Shown here piece after piece: positions 24,812-38,580 of a stretch of DNA of 64,000 bases. Under the pieces are notes generated by a model, which was not told the origin of the DNA, searched no databases, and saw nothing but the letters and a program-made list of their open reading frames with translations. Both the position numbers and the translations under genes were made by a program. This stretch comes from Squalus acanthias (Eukaryota): contig CM059432.1 of NCBI GenBank assembly GCA_030390025.1, positions 18,416,001 through 18,480,000 of the forward strand, written 5' to 3'. Position 1 is the first letter of the stretch, and the number at the start of each line of letters is the position of its first letter.

Positions 24812-26042
24812 ATGGGTGCCACTTATGCTGCCTCACCTTGGACCTCAGATTCGGACCAAGATGAGCCCCAGCACCAACAACACCAGCCACACCAGCTAAC
24901 AGCAGCAACAACACCAGCAGCATTCTCCTCACCGACCTGATGCTACACAGGAGGGGATCAGCACAGGGGTGCACCTTGCCGGGGGCGATACCCCCAACAC
25001 AGGGTATATAGGCAGAGGATGAGCTTCCTGGTCATGACTGAACTGTAGTGCTTCAGGAGGCTCAGGCTATCGCGTCAGGTCATCGCAGACATTTATAGCT
25101 TGCTGGAAGAAGACCTACTGCCCGGAGGACCTGGTGGACACACCTTACCAGTGGCTGTCAAAGTCACCACCGCCCTCAACTTCTTTGCCTCAGGCTCCTT
25201 CCAGGGATCTGCAGCAGATATTTGCAGGATCTCGCAGTCGGCCGCCCACAAATGAATCACCCAGGTGACCAATGCCATGTTTCACAAGTCAGCCACTTAT
25301 GTAAAATTTGCCACTGATGAAGCCAGTGTTAATGATTGAGAGCTCAGCTTTGAGGCTCTAGCTGGCTTCTCATGGGGGCAGGGTGTCATCGACTGCGCAC
25401 ATGTGCCCATTAAGGCACCCCCAGATCACCCAGGAGTGTTTGTGAACCGGAAGGGCTTCCACTCCCTCAATGTGCAGCTCGTCTGCAACCATAAAAAGAT
25501 GATCATGCATGTGTGTGCCCGATTCCCTGGGAGCTGTCATGACTCTTTCGTCCTGTGCCAGTCCACATCCCTCAGCTCTTTGAACCTCCAAACAGACTTA
25601 CCGCTGGCTGCTCGGAGACAAGGGCTATCCACTGAAGACGTGGCTGATAACACATTTGAGAATGCCAAGCAATGAGGCCAAGGAGCGACATAATGAAAGC
25701 CACATGCCCACCAGATGTGACATAGAGCAAGCAATCGGCATACTAAAGGTACGCTTCAGATGCCTTGACAGATCTGGAGGAGCCCTTCAGTACACACAAG
25801 CCAGGGCCTCCAGAATCTTTGTCGTAAGCTGCGCGCTGTGCAACATAGCGCAGCAGCGAGCATTGGAGCTGCAGGAGGAGCAAGGCGCAGAGCGCACAGC
25901 TTCTTCTTCGGAGAAGGAGGAACAGGTGGAACATGAGGAGGAGGAGGAGGAGGAGGAACCTGAGGTGGAAATGGCACCAGCAGTGGCGCACATTGCTGCC
26001 CAGAAGGTCCGGGATGGACGCATAATGGCCCGGTTTACTTAA
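24812..26042 (+). pseudogene. Harbinger transposase pseudogene
   Basis: [52 protein letters not shown], acidic tail; stops and frameshifts. Confidence 0.9.
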
Positions 26043-26544
26043 GTTGCACCAGTGCACCTGTATGGTTCACACATCCCCTGCCCCCCACAAACACCACAAA
26101 GCAGTCCTAAAATGACCAAACCGTTCCTGTCAACCAAACACCCAATGCTCGAGGTTAAGTAATTTCTCCCCGTTCACTCCAAGTGACAAGGCTACTTCCC
26201 AGGTAGCAGGCAAAAATGGACAAGACGGGAATGGAGTGCAAAGAAATAAATTTATTAGTGTCATAAATAAAACTGAAACTTAACACTAACATTTGTGAAA
26301 CACCCATGTGCATACCCTTGAGCAGCTACGATTGTGTATTTTTTCTTTCCTGAGTGCTTCAACGAGGTGCACCCACTGTGGCTTCAGCAGAGGTAGAGGC
26401 AGCCTGCTCACTTCCCTGCTGTGACTGGTTAGACACTTTTGGTTTCGTCCTCTGGGTTTCAGGGCCTGTGAAGGCCCCGCCAAAGACTGCTCCTCCTGCA
26501 ACTGTGCAGGGGCTGACTCGGCCATCGGGATCCGAGGCAGCATT

Positions 26545-28900
26545 TTTGTTTGTTCCTGGAATGTGGGCGTCGCTGGCAAGGCCAGCATTTATTGCCCATC
26601 CCTAATTGCCCTTGAGAAGGTGGTGGTGAGCCGCCTTCTTGAACCGCTGCAGTCCGTGTGGCAAAGGTACTCCCACAGTGCTGTTAGGGAGGGAGTTCCA
26701 GGATTTTGAACCAGCGACGATGACGGAACGGCGATATATTTCCAAGTCAGGATGGTGTGTGACTTGGAGGGGAACTTGGAGGAGGTGGTGTTCCCATGCG
26801 CCTGCCGCCCTTGTACTTCTAGGTGGTGGAGGGCGCGGGTTTGGGAGGTGCCGCTGAAGAAGCCTTGGCGAGTTGCTGCAGTGCATCTTGTAGATGGTAC
26901 ACACTGCAGCCACGTTGCGCCGGTGGTGGAGGGAGTGAATGTTTAAGGTGATGGATGGGGTGCCAAAAGAAGATAGGAGCAGGAGTAGGCCATTCGGCCC
27001 CTCGAGCCTGCTCCGCCATTCGATGAGATCATGGCTGATCATCCAAACTCAGTACCCTGTACCTGCCTTCTCCCCATATCCCTTGATACCTTTAGCTTTA
27101 AGAAATATATCTAACTCATTCTTGAATATATTTAATGACTTGGCCTCAACTACCTTCTGTGGTAGAGAATTCCACAGGTTCACCACTCTCTGGGTGAAGA
27201 AATTCTTCCTCATTTCTGTCCTAAATGGCTTACCCCTTATCCTTAGATTATGACCCCTGGTTCTGGACTCTCCGACCATCGGGAACATTCTTCCTGCATC
27301 TAGTTTGTCCAGACCTGTCAGAATTTTATATGTTTCGATGAGATCCCCTCTCATTCATCTATACTCCAGCGAGTATAAGCCCAATCGACCCAATCTCTCC
27401 TCATATGTCATTCCTGCCATCCCAGGTATCAGCCTTGTGAATCTTCGCTGAACTCCCTCCATGGCAAGAACATCCTTCCTCAGATAAGGCGACCAAAACT
27501 GCACACAATACTCAAGGTGTGGTCTCAGCAAGGCCCTGTACAACTGCAGCAGGACATCCCTGTTCCTATACTCAAACCCTTTCGCTATGAAGACCAACAT
27601 ACCATTTGCCTTCTTAACCGCCTGCTGCACCTGCATGCTTACCTTCAGCGACTGGTGCACAAGGACACCCAGGTCTCGTTGCACTTCCGCTTCTCCCAAT
27701 CTATTGCCATTCAGATAATAGTCTGCCTTTCTGTTTTTGACACCAAAGTGGATAACCTCACATTTATCCACATTATATTGCATCTGCCACGCTTCTGCCC
27801 ACTCACCCAACCTGTCCAAATCATCCTGGAGTTTCTCGGTATCCTCCTCGCAGCACACACTCCCACCCAGCTTTGTGTCATCTGCAAACTTGGAGATATT
27901 ACATTTAGTTCCCTTATCTAGATCATTAATGTATATTGTGAATAGCTGGGGTCCAAGGACCGATCCCTGCGGTACCCCACTAGTCACTGCTTGCCACTCG
28001 GAAAAAGACCCATTAATTCCTACTCTTTGCTTTCTGTCCGCCAACCAGTTCTCTATCCAAGTCAATACCTTGCCCCCAATCCCATGTACTTTAACTTTAC
28101 ACGCTAATCTCTTATGCGGGACCTTATCGAAAGCCTTTTGAAAGTCCAAATACACCACATCTACTGGTTCTCCCTTATCTATTTTCCCAGTTACAATCAA
28201 GCGGGCTGATTTGTCTTGGATGGTGTTGAGCTTCTTGAATGTTGTTGGAACTGTACTCATCCAGGCAAGTGGAGAGTATTCCATCACACTCCTGACTTGT
28301 GCCTTCTAGATGGTGGAAAGGCTTTGGGGAGTCAGGAGGTGAGACACTCACCACAGAATACCTAGCCTCTGACCTGCTCTTGTAGCCACAATATTTATGT
28401 GACTGGTCCAGTTAAGTTTCTGGTCAATGGTGAGCCCCAGGATGTTTATGGTGGGGATTTGGCGATAGTCGTTGAATGTCAAGGGGCTGTGGTTAGACTC
28501 TTGCTTGTTGGAGATAGTCATTGCCTGGCACCTGTGTGGTGCAAATCTTACTTGCCACTTATCAGTCCAAGCCTGAATGTCGTCCAGGTCTTGCTGCATT
28601 CGGGCATGGACTGCTTCATTTTCTGAGGAGTTGCGAATGGAACTGAACACTGTGCAATCATCAGCGAACATCCCCACTTCTGACCTTATGATGGAGGGAA
28701 TGTCATTGATGAAGCAGCTGAAGATGCCTAGGACACTGCCCTGAGGAACTCCTGCAGCGATGTCCTGGGGCTGAGATGATTTACCTCCAACAATCACAAC
28801 CATCTTCCTTTGTGCTAGGTATGACTCCAGCCAGTGGAGAGTCTTTCCCCCGATTCCCATTGACTTCAGTTTGACTAGAGCTCCTTGATGCCACACTCGG
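26545..28900 (-). mobile_element. CR1/L2/Crack-group LINE (same family as 12540-14210) replacing the middle of the Harbinger ORF2
   Basis: ORFs 28348-28896 (FADD) and 26602-27042. Confidence 0.88.
26966..28195 (-). mobile_element. CR1 family A nested in the above LINE
   Basis: ORFs 27355-28287 and 27049-27354; host sequence GGGTGCCAA|TCAAGCGGG is split at the junctions. Confidence 0.93.
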
Positions 28901-29102
28901 TCATTGAATCCAGGAGCGGCTCACAACACCCCTGCTTCTCACTTTTTGGGCGAACTCCAGCCATACCCTCTTGGTTTCTCTGGCTGCTCTTTTCCTGCCG
29001 CTGCCAGGGAATGGGACCTCCCTGCGTGCTGACACCCTGGACCAGGACTTCCAGGGAGGCATCTGAGAACCTGGGCACAGCCTTCTGTCGCTGTGACTCC
29101 AT
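28901..29102 (-). pseudogene. Myb/SANT-like (Harbinger ORF2) first exon, frameshifted
   Basis: MESQRQKAVPRFSDASLEVLVQGV / KRVWLEFAQKVRSRGVVSRSWIQ; C-terminal remnant at about 26330-26540. Confidence 0.82.
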
Positions 29103-29608
29103 GTTTGTTTACACCCACACAAACCTCTTTGATATAGACCAATAGCCACCTCTCCCAACCACCTTTATGCCTCCTCCAAAAACCTTCAACAGGGATGTGT
29201 GCAAGGCTCCTTTAAATATCTGAACTGAAAGCGAGTCATCAGTGACGTCATCAGACCTGCTCCATTTAATTGGCTGGGAAACCCGCATGACTGTTTCAAT
29301 TGATGTAATTGAGTTAACCGCGCAGTGCAGAACGCGCTGTTGAAATTGTCGGGATGGTGACCCACTACGCAACCCGCACGCACCCGCCATGACTCCAAGG
29401 CAAAGATTCCGGCCTTAATGTCTTTTTGCTTGAAATTCACGAGCAGAGGTTAAACTGCTGATGCAATGGAATGATGTTCAATATTAGAGATAAAAAGTGA
29501 AAACAGAAGATCAGAAATAAAACAGGGAGTGCTGGAAATACATAGAAGAGTCAGCATCCTCTGTCAGCATCTGAAGAAAAGATAGGTTACAGTTCGGGTA
29601 GATAGTCT

Positions 29609-29783
29609 GGGGGTAACTTTGACTTGGAGTGATCGAGTAAAACAGGCGAAATTAGATGAGCCATCCATTACACATCTCTCCAGATTTTCATTGCTATTGA
29701 TTGACAATCGGCAGAGATGTATAAAAGTGGGCTGATCCGATATTGTCCATTTTACACTGTCGCCCGAAGTCAACAGTACCCCC
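29609..29783. mobile_element. Small MITE-like element
   Basis: GGGGGTAACTTTGACTT ... AAGTCAACAGTACCCCC imperfect inverted termini. Confidence 0.55.
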
Positions 29784-30529
29784 ACATTGGCAGAATAGGC
29801 TCGCCTGGAATGCTAACCTATTGATTCTTTTTTAGTTTCCTGTTTATTTAATAATGTTTAAGAGTGTCAGTGTGCAAGGATCTTTGGGTGTTTGAATAGT
29901 GCATTAGCAGCCTGTGTGGCAGTGGTACTTCAACAGAGCAGCTTTGTAGGGAAATTGAATTAACACCATCTGAGATCTGCAAAGATGCCCTTAAAGCACG
30001 TTACAAAAAAACTGCGTTAACTGAATTAACACAAATTGAGCAGAACCCCCTCAAGGGGTAGGTACATTCACACATGCTGTTACTTTAAATCATACTGAAG
30101 AAAAAAACATATTTTAAAGCCACGACCTCTGTTGCTGTCCTCCCAATTGGAGCTGCAATGTGAGAGGTGAGGGCAGGACTAGGGTAGGGTCACTCTGGAA
30201 GAGTGTTCGAATGTTGCTTATTTATCAGAAAGATGAAAATAATAGTAGCAACTGTCTTACATTCCTTAGAAAGATGTGGCAATTTAGCATTTTGTAGTCT
30301 AACACAGTCTATATTAACAGGGACTGTGAGCACAGAGGCAAGTAGAAGGAACGAAGGGTTAATTCACTGGCTGCCTGCATGGTTTCAGAAGAGTAGTTCT
30401 TACTTAACCAATCTCCTTGGCATTGCTGAGTAACAAGTGGACTTTGGAAAATCCCATGGCATCGTATACCTAGACTATCAGAAAGACTTTGATAAAGTTT
30501 CACGTGAAAGGCTGCTATACAAGCAGAGA

Positions 30530-33333
30530 AATCACAGAGATATGCAAGAGCTATAGAGTGGTGATACTGGGGGACATTAATTACCCAAATATCGATTGGG
30601 ATAATGCTAGGGAAAGGAGGGGGAGGAATTTCTGAAATGTGTTCAGGAGAATTTCCACGACCAATATGTTCTTGGCCCAACTAGGAAGGAGGCATTGCTG
30701 GATCTGGTGCTGGGGAATGAGGTGGGCCAGGGTCGACCAAGTATCTGTGGGAGAACACTTGGGTATGAGTGATCATCGTATCATTAGATTTAGATTAGCA
30801 ATGGAGAGGAGCAAGGAACAGTCTAGAGTGGAACTTCTAAACTGGAATAGGGCTAACTTCAATGGGATGTGAAAGGATCTAACCAGGGTAAAATGGAACC
30901 AAAGACTGACAGGGAAATCTGTAATGGAACAATGGGTGATCTTTAAGGAGATGTTCCAAGTACAGGCTAGGTACATTCCAACAAGAGGGAAGGGTAAGGG
31001 AACCAAAGCAAGGGCTCCTTGGATGACAAGGGAGATAGAGAAGATGATGAAATAAAAAAAGAGGGTGTATGATGAATGTCAGGTAAATTCTTCAAGGGAG
31101 AACCAGAACAAATACAATAAGTTGAGAGGGGAAGTGAAGATGAAAATAAGATTGGCAAAGAGAGAATAGGAGAGTCCAGAACCAGGGGTCATAATCTAAG
31201 GATAAGGGGTAAGCCATTTAGAACAGAAATGAGGAAGAATATCTTCACCCAGAGAGTGGTGAACCTGTGGAATTCTCTACCACAGAAGGTAGTTGAGGCC
31301 AAGTCATTAAATATATTCAAGAATGAGTTAGATATATTTCTTAAAGCTAAAGGTATCAAGGGATATGGGGAGAAGGCAGGTACAGGGTACTGAGTTTGGA
31401 TGATCAGCCATGATCTCATCGAATGGCGGAGCAGGCTCGAGGGGCCGAATGGCCTACTCCTGCTCCTATCTTCTATGTTTTTATGTTTCTATGTAACATA
31501 AAAGGGAACCCAAAAATCTTCTACCGGCATGTAAACAGTAAGCGGGTAGTAAGAGGCAGGGTGGGGCCTATTAGGAACAAAGAAGGTGATATATGCTTAG
31601 ATGTGCCGGGCAAGGTTGGAATACTCAATGAGTACATTGTAACGGTGTTTACTGAGGAGGTGGACGCAGACAAAATATCGGGAGAAGTGGAAAAGGTAGA
31701 AGCAATGGAAGGGGTGAAAATTGAGAGACAGGATGTACTAGAAAGGCTGGGTATGCTTAGAGTGGATAAGTCACCTGGTCTAGATGGCTTACATCCCAGG
31801 TTGCTAAGGGAATTGGGGGAGGAGATAGCGGAAGGGCTTGCCATAATTTTCCAATCTTCCCCAGATGCGGAGGAGGTGCCTGAGGATTGGAAAGTAGCAA
31901 ATGTGACACCATTGTTCAAGAAAGGGTGCAAGGACAATCCTAGTAACTACAGGCCAGTCAGTTTAACATCAGTGGTGGGTAAAGTTTTAGAAACAATAAT
32001 CAAGGAAAAAATTAATGGGCACTTGGAGAGGTTTAAGCTAATTAAGGAGAGCCAACACTGATTTGTAAAAGGCAGATCGTGTTTGACTAATCTAATTGAA
32101 TTTTTTGATGAAGCAACAGGAAGGATTGATGAAGGGAATGCAATGGATGTTGTCTACATGGACTTTAGGAAGGCTTTTAACAAAGTACCACATAGAAGGC
32201 TGCTTAACAACATTGAGGCTCATGGAATAGGTGGGTCAGTGGCAGCTTGGATAAGGAATTGGCTTAAGGATAGAAATCAGCAAGTTGTGGTAAATGGCTG
32301 TTTTTCAGACTGGAGGATGGTAGACAGTGGTGTTCCCCAAGGGGTCAGTGCTGGGGCCACCACTTTTTTTGATATATATTAATGACCTGGATATTGGAAT
32401 ACAGAGTAGAATTTCTAAATTTGCCGATGACACAAAACTTGGGGCCGTGGCAAACAGTGAGGATGATACCAATCGACTGCAACAGGACATAGAAAGGCTA
32501 GCAGAATGGGCAGACAAGTGGCAGATGGAATTTAATACAGAGAAGTGTGAGGTGATGTATTTTGGCAGAAGGAACAGGGAGAGGCAATATACACTTAATG
32601 GCACAGTTTTAAAGAGTGTGCAGGGACAGAGGGACCTGGAAGTTAATGTGCATAGGTCCCTGAAGGTGGCGGGACATATTGAGAGAGTGGTTAGCAAAGC
32701 ATATGGGATCTTGGGCTTCATAAATAGAAGTATTGAGTACAAAAGTAGAGAAGTTATGCTGTACCTTTATAAAGCGCTGGTTAGGCCACAACTGGAGTAT
32801 TGCGTCCAGTTCTGGTCACCACACTTTCGGAAGGATGTGAAGGCACTTGAGAGGGTGCAGAGGAGATTTACCAGAATGGTTCTGGGGATGGGGGATCTTA
32901 GCTACAAGGACAGGTTGGAGAAGCTGGATTTGTTTTCATTAGAGCAAAGGAGGCTGAGGGGTGATTTGATAGAGGTGTACAAGATTATGACTGGTTTGGA
33001 TAGGCTAGATGGGGAAAGGCTGTTCCCACTAGTTGATGGTACAAGGACTAGGGGACACAGATTTAGGGTTTTGGGCAAGAGATACAGGGGGGATGTGAGG
33101 AAAAACTTTTTTACGCAGCGAGTGGTGCGGACCTGGAACTCGCTGCTGACGGAAGTGGTGGAAGTGGAGACACTCAATGTTTTCAAGGGGAGACAGGATA
33201 GGCACTTGAGGGAAATAAACTTGCAGGGCTACGGGGATAGAGCGGGGGAATGGGACTGACTGGATTGCTCTGCAGAGAGCCGGTGCAGATTCGATGGGCC
33301 GAATGGCCTCCTTCTGTGCCGTTATGACTCTAT
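30530..33333 (+). mobile_element. CR1 (family B), decayed endonuclease plus RT, tail (ATGACTCT)n continuing at 34107-34120
   Basis: ORFs 31423, 32083 and 32327 (FADD, RPQLEYCVQFWSP). Confidence 0.93.
31170..31493 (+). mobile_element. Short CR1 family A 3' end nested in CR1 family B
   Basis: Nearly identical to the reverse complement of 26968-27272. Confidence 0.9.
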
Positions 33334-34106
33334 GGGGTAAAAATTGAGTCGCGCCCCATTTGGGGCGCTAACCTCGCCGGGGCGCGACTTTTAGCGCCCC
33401 GAAAAAATTAGCGGCCCCGCGCCGGAACTTCAGTGGTTGCGCCCCAAGAGGGAAGCGGGGCGCCACTGGAAGCACCCCGCATCCCTCTTGGGGCGCTGCG
33501 AGTGAATATCCTGGCGCTACGTGCCGCAGTGCCACGCGCTGCGGCACGTCGCGCCGCGGTATTGCAGGCCTTCCTCCCCTTCTTAAAGGGGAGGGACCCT
33601 GCGCAGCGCGAACCGGGGCCCAGCTGGGCCCCCAGGGATCGGGAGTGCCGGCAAAAGAGCCCGGCACTCAAGAGAAGTGCCAGGCTCTTGGAGCGCAGCC
33701 GGCACTTCACGGTGGGGGGGCTTCACGGGGGCCGGGGACAGCAACGGGGGCAGGTGCTGGCAGGCGGCCAGCAACAAAAATGGCCGCCTGCCACCTCCCC
33801 TTTAAATATCGCCGCCCCGGCCGCACGTACGCCTCCCTGAACCCGTCGGACATAGCGTCTGGCGGTAAATCAGGGGGCGCGACTGAAGATCACGGCCGGG
33901 GCGCGAGCGGGGTGCTGCGCACGGCGATGACGTCATCGCCGGCGGCGCAGCGCCACAGGGCGCTACCGGCTGCCGCCGCCGCTAACCTCCCACTAAATTT
34001 TTCGGGAGGCGTGGGCGGCGCTGCGCCCGGGCGTTAGCTGCTTTACGCCCCATTAGCGCCCTCTTAAGGCGCTAACGGGAGGCGCAAGCAGCTGAATTTT
34101 TCCCCC
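33334..34106 (-). mobile_element. GC-rich non-autonomous Harbinger (MITE) with ends of the 43177 family
   Basis: TIR GGGGTAAAAATT / AATTTTTCCCCC, TSD TAT; terminal sequences match 43177-47342 in reverse orientation. Confidence 0.9.
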
Positions 34107-34425
34107 TATGACTCTATGACAAGCTTGGAATACTGAGTTATGAAGAAAAGTGAGGAAAACATGGGCACAGAAATTTGACGTGCGCCAAAACGGGCATAAA
34201 GTTGGCGGACCGATGGCTCCACATCAGCCGGGATCTGTGCTGGCCAGAAAACAATTCCACATCGGACCTCATTTAAATGCTGCCAGCGAACTACAGGTGT
34301 GAAACAAGTGCTCCTTTGTAGTTCTTCAGTCAGGGAGTGCAGGAAATTATCTGGCTGTTACCCTGAGCTTCATTTAGCCGCCTTTGCCCCGTAACACTTG
34401 ATGCCCTAACCTAATAAAAATCTAT

Positions 34426-35317
34426 GGGGTAAAAATTCAGTTGGTTGCGCCTCCCGTTAGCGCCTTAAGAGGGCGCTAATGGGGCGCAAAGCCGCTAACG
34501 CCCGGGCGCAGCGATGTTTGCGCCGCTCGGGAACTTAACTTGACATTGTGCGGCGGCGCTAAAACTTACCGCTGCGACCACCTGCGCGTGCAGATTGTGA
34601 CGTCATTCCATGGTGCAACGCCCTTGTGGCGCCCCGGAGCGGAAATTGAGTGGCGCCCCCTGCCTTACCGCCTGGCGCATCCAACGACCAGAAGACTGGA
34701 ACGCTATCAATCGCTGTGGGGCTGGGGGGGGCGCTATTTAAAGGGGGCCTCTTCCTGTCTTTTATTGTTGGTGGCATTTTTGAACTACGCATTCTGAGAG
34801 AGAGAGGGAGAGACTTCTGGAGAGATTCAACGTTGTGTGAAGGAGTTTTGGGTACTGAGCAGCACTTTGCAGGTTCATTTTGATTTGCCATTCCTTGTAT
34901 CGATTTAGCAGAGACTGTGGGAGCTGCACTCTGAGCTCTTTGCCTGGTACTCTCCATTGTTCTTTCCAGCACATTTGATGTGCAAGTCTCTCCAGGCCGA
35001 GATTCAAGGCTGCAATGAACAGGATGTGGATGGAAAGCAAGATTAACCATCCCCTTTAAGAACTGGCCCGTGCCATTGTGTGTGTGTTCCATTGCTGACT
35101 GACATTACATGAGCTTCGCCAGCGCGCTGAGTTAGCGCCTCACTCCTTGGCCTTTGCGCCTTAAGACAGGTGTGCAGTGCTTGCTTTAGCGCTCCACTCA
35201 CCTCCCGGGGTGGTAAAAGTGAAGTTTCCAGTCAGTGCCGATAATTAGCGCCAGGCGCTAATATTTGCGTCCAGACGATATTTGCGCCCCAAATGGGGCG
35301 CGACCTAATTTCTACCC
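34426..35317 (+). mobile_element. Internal-deletion derivative of the autonomous Harbinger family
   Basis: First about 400 bp match 43177-43600 and last about 330 bp match 47005-47342; TSD TAT; no ORFs. Confidence 0.92.
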
Positions 35318-35393
35318 TATCTATATATTATATGCATGTCGATAAGTTACTACTATTTTCCTGTTAAAGTATTTCAAAGTGAATTCTTTCTAA

Positions 35394-35933
35394 GACAAAA
35401 GCAAAATACTACGGATGCTGGAAATCTGAAATAAAAACAGAAAATGCTGGAAATACTCAGCAGGTCAGGCAGCATCTGTAGAGAGAGAAACTAAGTTAAT
35501 GTTTCAAGTCGATGACCCTTTGTCAGAACTGGAAAAAGCTGGAGATGGAACAGGTTTTTAAGCAAGTGTAGGGGCAGGGAAAGGGGGGAGGGGAGGAAAG
35601 AACAAAAGGGAAGGTCTGTGATAGGATGGAAGGCAGGAGAGATTAAGAGACAAAAGGGATGATGGTGCAAGGCCAAAGGAGATGGTAATAGGACAAGTTA
35701 AGAAACAAAAGATGACTCTAGATGAAGTGTAAATGGCACTGACTGAATGATCGACAGCTGCCATGTGAGAGAGAGAAAATAAATGGAAAAAAAAAGATAG
35801 GGGCAGAGGTTATGGTCTGAAATTGTTGAACTTGATGGTGAGTCCAGAAGGCTGTAAAGTGCCTAATCGAAAGATGAGGTGCTGTTCCTCAAGCTTACGT
35901 TGAGCTTCATTGGAACAGTGTAAGAGGCCGAGG
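35394..35933 (-). mobile_element. Penelope-like element 3' fragment (GIY-YIG C-terminus plus terminal repeat with mutated hammerhead core)
   Basis: Minus strand reads RKLEEQHLIFRLGTLQPSGL; 11-bp flanking duplication ATTCTTTCTAA (35383-35393, 35934-35944); CTGACAA..GAAACATT at about 35494-35530. Confidence 0.82.
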
Positions 35934-35961
35934 ATTCTTTCTAATTTAGGTTAGATCATAT

Positions 35962-37095
35962 TGAAGGGATAATTACTAGTCCTAGCCCCTTTAGGGCTAC
36001 CCCGGATCAGGCATATTCCTCAGCCGTTCACTTTCAGCTAAAGTTTGAGGTAGCCGAATCCTAAAGACGCTTAATTGGGTCTAAAGGTCCGGACTATCTC
36101 TCCCTAAAGGAAAGGAACAACCTGAAAATGTTAGCGTCCTCCAGATAGCACTTTTAATAAGTTTAGCTAGACTGTAATGTTCCGGATATTATGAGGGTCC
36201 AGAAAACTCCCCCAGAATTCTGCAACTCCTCACCAAAGAGTGTACAGAGATTGAGTTCACGAGTTTGATACAGAAGTATTATGTGAGACAATTCTAAAAA
36301 TATATAGATTTATTAAAGAACCAACATGTAATTTACAGTTGGTGAGTCAATCGCAACATTAACAGTTCCAAAAAGAGAAAACTTTACAATCTTATTATCA
36401 GAGATCCTTACTCTCAAATCTTAACTTTGCTACAGTTTAACATATTTTAGTCTTATTCAGGATATCCACCAAAATCAAATACAGTACCTTTGATCCCCGA
36501 GGTACAAAGAGTTGTAGACTTACAGAGCCTGCCTCTGAAGCTGAGAATCGCTTTGCCCCTTTACAGCGAGTCTACTATCCCATTTGAGAGTTCAATATTT
36601 ATACCCTTTTTCAGTGGTATTTCCTTTAAGGTTTTCTGCTGATGTAAGCTAATTATCTCTAGTCATTTTTCTGCAGACCCCTGCAATTCTTTGTCACCAC
36701 AGCTGGTAGCAATACAGAATCGTGTCTCATCTCTAGGTGTTCTAAGTTTACCATAAAAAACAGTGTAACAGCAGGTGCGTTCTACTTGATGTCATTTCTA
36801 CTAAGGCCTTCTGTTTGTGCCTCTCAACGAAGTGTAAATTAGAACACCTCAACCAGGGTGAACCACTGCTTGTTCCCAAAGATTCAGACTGTCGGGAGCC
36901 TTCAACCTTCTGTTTCAATAAGGTTATTGATTCAGTGTCAACAACTATCTTTTCTCTATAGCCAGAATGCTATGACAGCTTTTCATAGCCAGGTTTCTAA
37001 TTTCCAGACCTAGTTTGTCATGTTTTAATAAGGCCAGAATTCTTTCATAGAAAGGTGTATTTTTCTGAATAGGTTTTATGGCTTATTCCTTCACA
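35962..37095 (-). mobile_element. Solo LTR (about 1.13 kb)
   Basis: TGAAGG...CCTTCACA, 4-bp TSD ATAT; minus-strand TATAAA (about 36598) and AATAAA (about 36309); sister sequence at 62579. Confidence 0.75.
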
Positions 37096-37329
37096 ATATT
37101 ATTTCATGTTTCTTATTTGCTACACTTAGAAAGTCATTTTTAGGCTATTACATCCCATTATTGGGACTTACCATAATCACAGACCTAGGCATAGCATATT
37201 ATGCGTATTAGTTTGAGCATTTATTGGGACTCAGAGCTGTAGCCAGAGTTCACCTGTACATGGAGTAACTGTTCTGCCAAATAATGAATTATCAAAGAAT
37301 ATCTTATTTTTCTTAATGTTTGCACTTAA

Positions 37330-37845
37330 TAACAACAACAACTTGCATTTATATAGCAAAGTAAAACATCCCAAGGTGCTTCACAGGAGCGTCATCAAAC
37401 AAAATTTGACACCGAGCCACATAAGGAGATATTAGGACAGATGACCAAAAGCTTGGTCAAAGAGGTAGGTTTTAAGGAGGGTCTTAAAGGAGAAGAGAGA
37501 GTTAGAGAGGTTGAGAGGCAGAGAGGTTTAGGGAGGGAATTCCTGAGCTTAGGGCCTCGGCAACTGAAGGAATGGCTGCCAATGGTGGAGTGATTATAAT
37601 TGGGGATGCACTAGAGGCCAGAATTGGAGGAGCACAGAGATCTCGAAGACTTGTCGGGCTGGAGGAGGCTACAGAGATAGGGCGGGGCAAGGCCATGGAG
37701 GAATTTGCAAACAATGATTAGAATGTTAAAATTGAGGTGTTGCCAGACTGGGAGGCAATGCAGGTCAGCGAGTACAGGATTGATGGGTGAACGAGAGTTA
37801 GTGCAAGCTAGGATATGGGCAGGGTAGTTATGGATGAGCTCAAGT
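37330..37845 (-). mobile_element. L2 3' end
   Basis: (CAA)n tail; SPINPVLADLHCLPV...FNILI motif. Confidence 0.87.
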
Positions 37846-38429
37846 ACAAAAATGCTGTTTAACTGACTGCTGTGTAGTTTAAGTCTTGAAAGAATGTTGA
37901 AAAAATCTTCAACTGAAATATTGCATTTCTGGCTCCTAGAGCAATATATTCCCATTCCCTATTCGACTAGGTTCCCAATTTCATAGTAATTTGTTGAGAG
38001 GAAAATGCCTCCATTCTTTTCCCAGACTGAGAGCAACAGTGGCTGACTAACAGCTTTGAAATAAAGGCAGGGTGTCCAAGTAGAGAAGATCTAACTTCCT
38101 TGTACAGATCCCATGGTGATAGCATTTATCACAACAGCACCAGAAACTATTTGATGGTTCTGTCTAGTTATTTTCACCTGATTCAATTTTAAGTGCCTTG
38201 GATGTTTGTCGAAGGGAAGGCATAATTTCTTGTTCTCGTTTCTGTGTTTAAAGTTAATAGCCCCACCAATTTATTCATAAAACTCTAAAAGACTTCCCTT
38301 CAAATATGTATTGGAAACTTTATATTAAAAATTAATGACATTTTAAAGTTATGACAAATTTAAAAAAATCTCATGCAGCAAAACATGTTCCAGTTTTATT
38401 TCAGTGAATGTGTGCAAAATGATAATGTC

Positions 38430-38580
38430 GAGTGACAAGGCTGAGATGGATAGATTTTTGGAATCGAGGGATATGGCGATCGGGCGGGAAAGTGGAGTTG
38501 AGGACGAAGATCAGCCGTGATCTTATTGAATGGTGGAGCAGGCTCGAGGGGCCGTATGGCCTACTCCTGCTCCTAATTCA
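38430..38580 (+). mobile_element. CR1 3' UTR fragment
   Basis: GATCAGCCGTGATCTTATTGAATGG...GGCCTACTCCTGCTCC. Confidence 0.75.

Larger units (their letters stand above)
22498..29414 (+). mobile_element. Decayed Harbinger transposon expanded by three LINE insertions
   Basis: TIR GACCGGAATTTT / AAGATTCCGGCC, TSD TTA (22495-22497, 29415-29417); transposase and convergent Myb remnants inside. Confidence 0.8.

Noticed and set aside
27355..28287. Novel fused RT protein
   Set aside because: Chance in-frame junction of a CR1 nested in another LINE.
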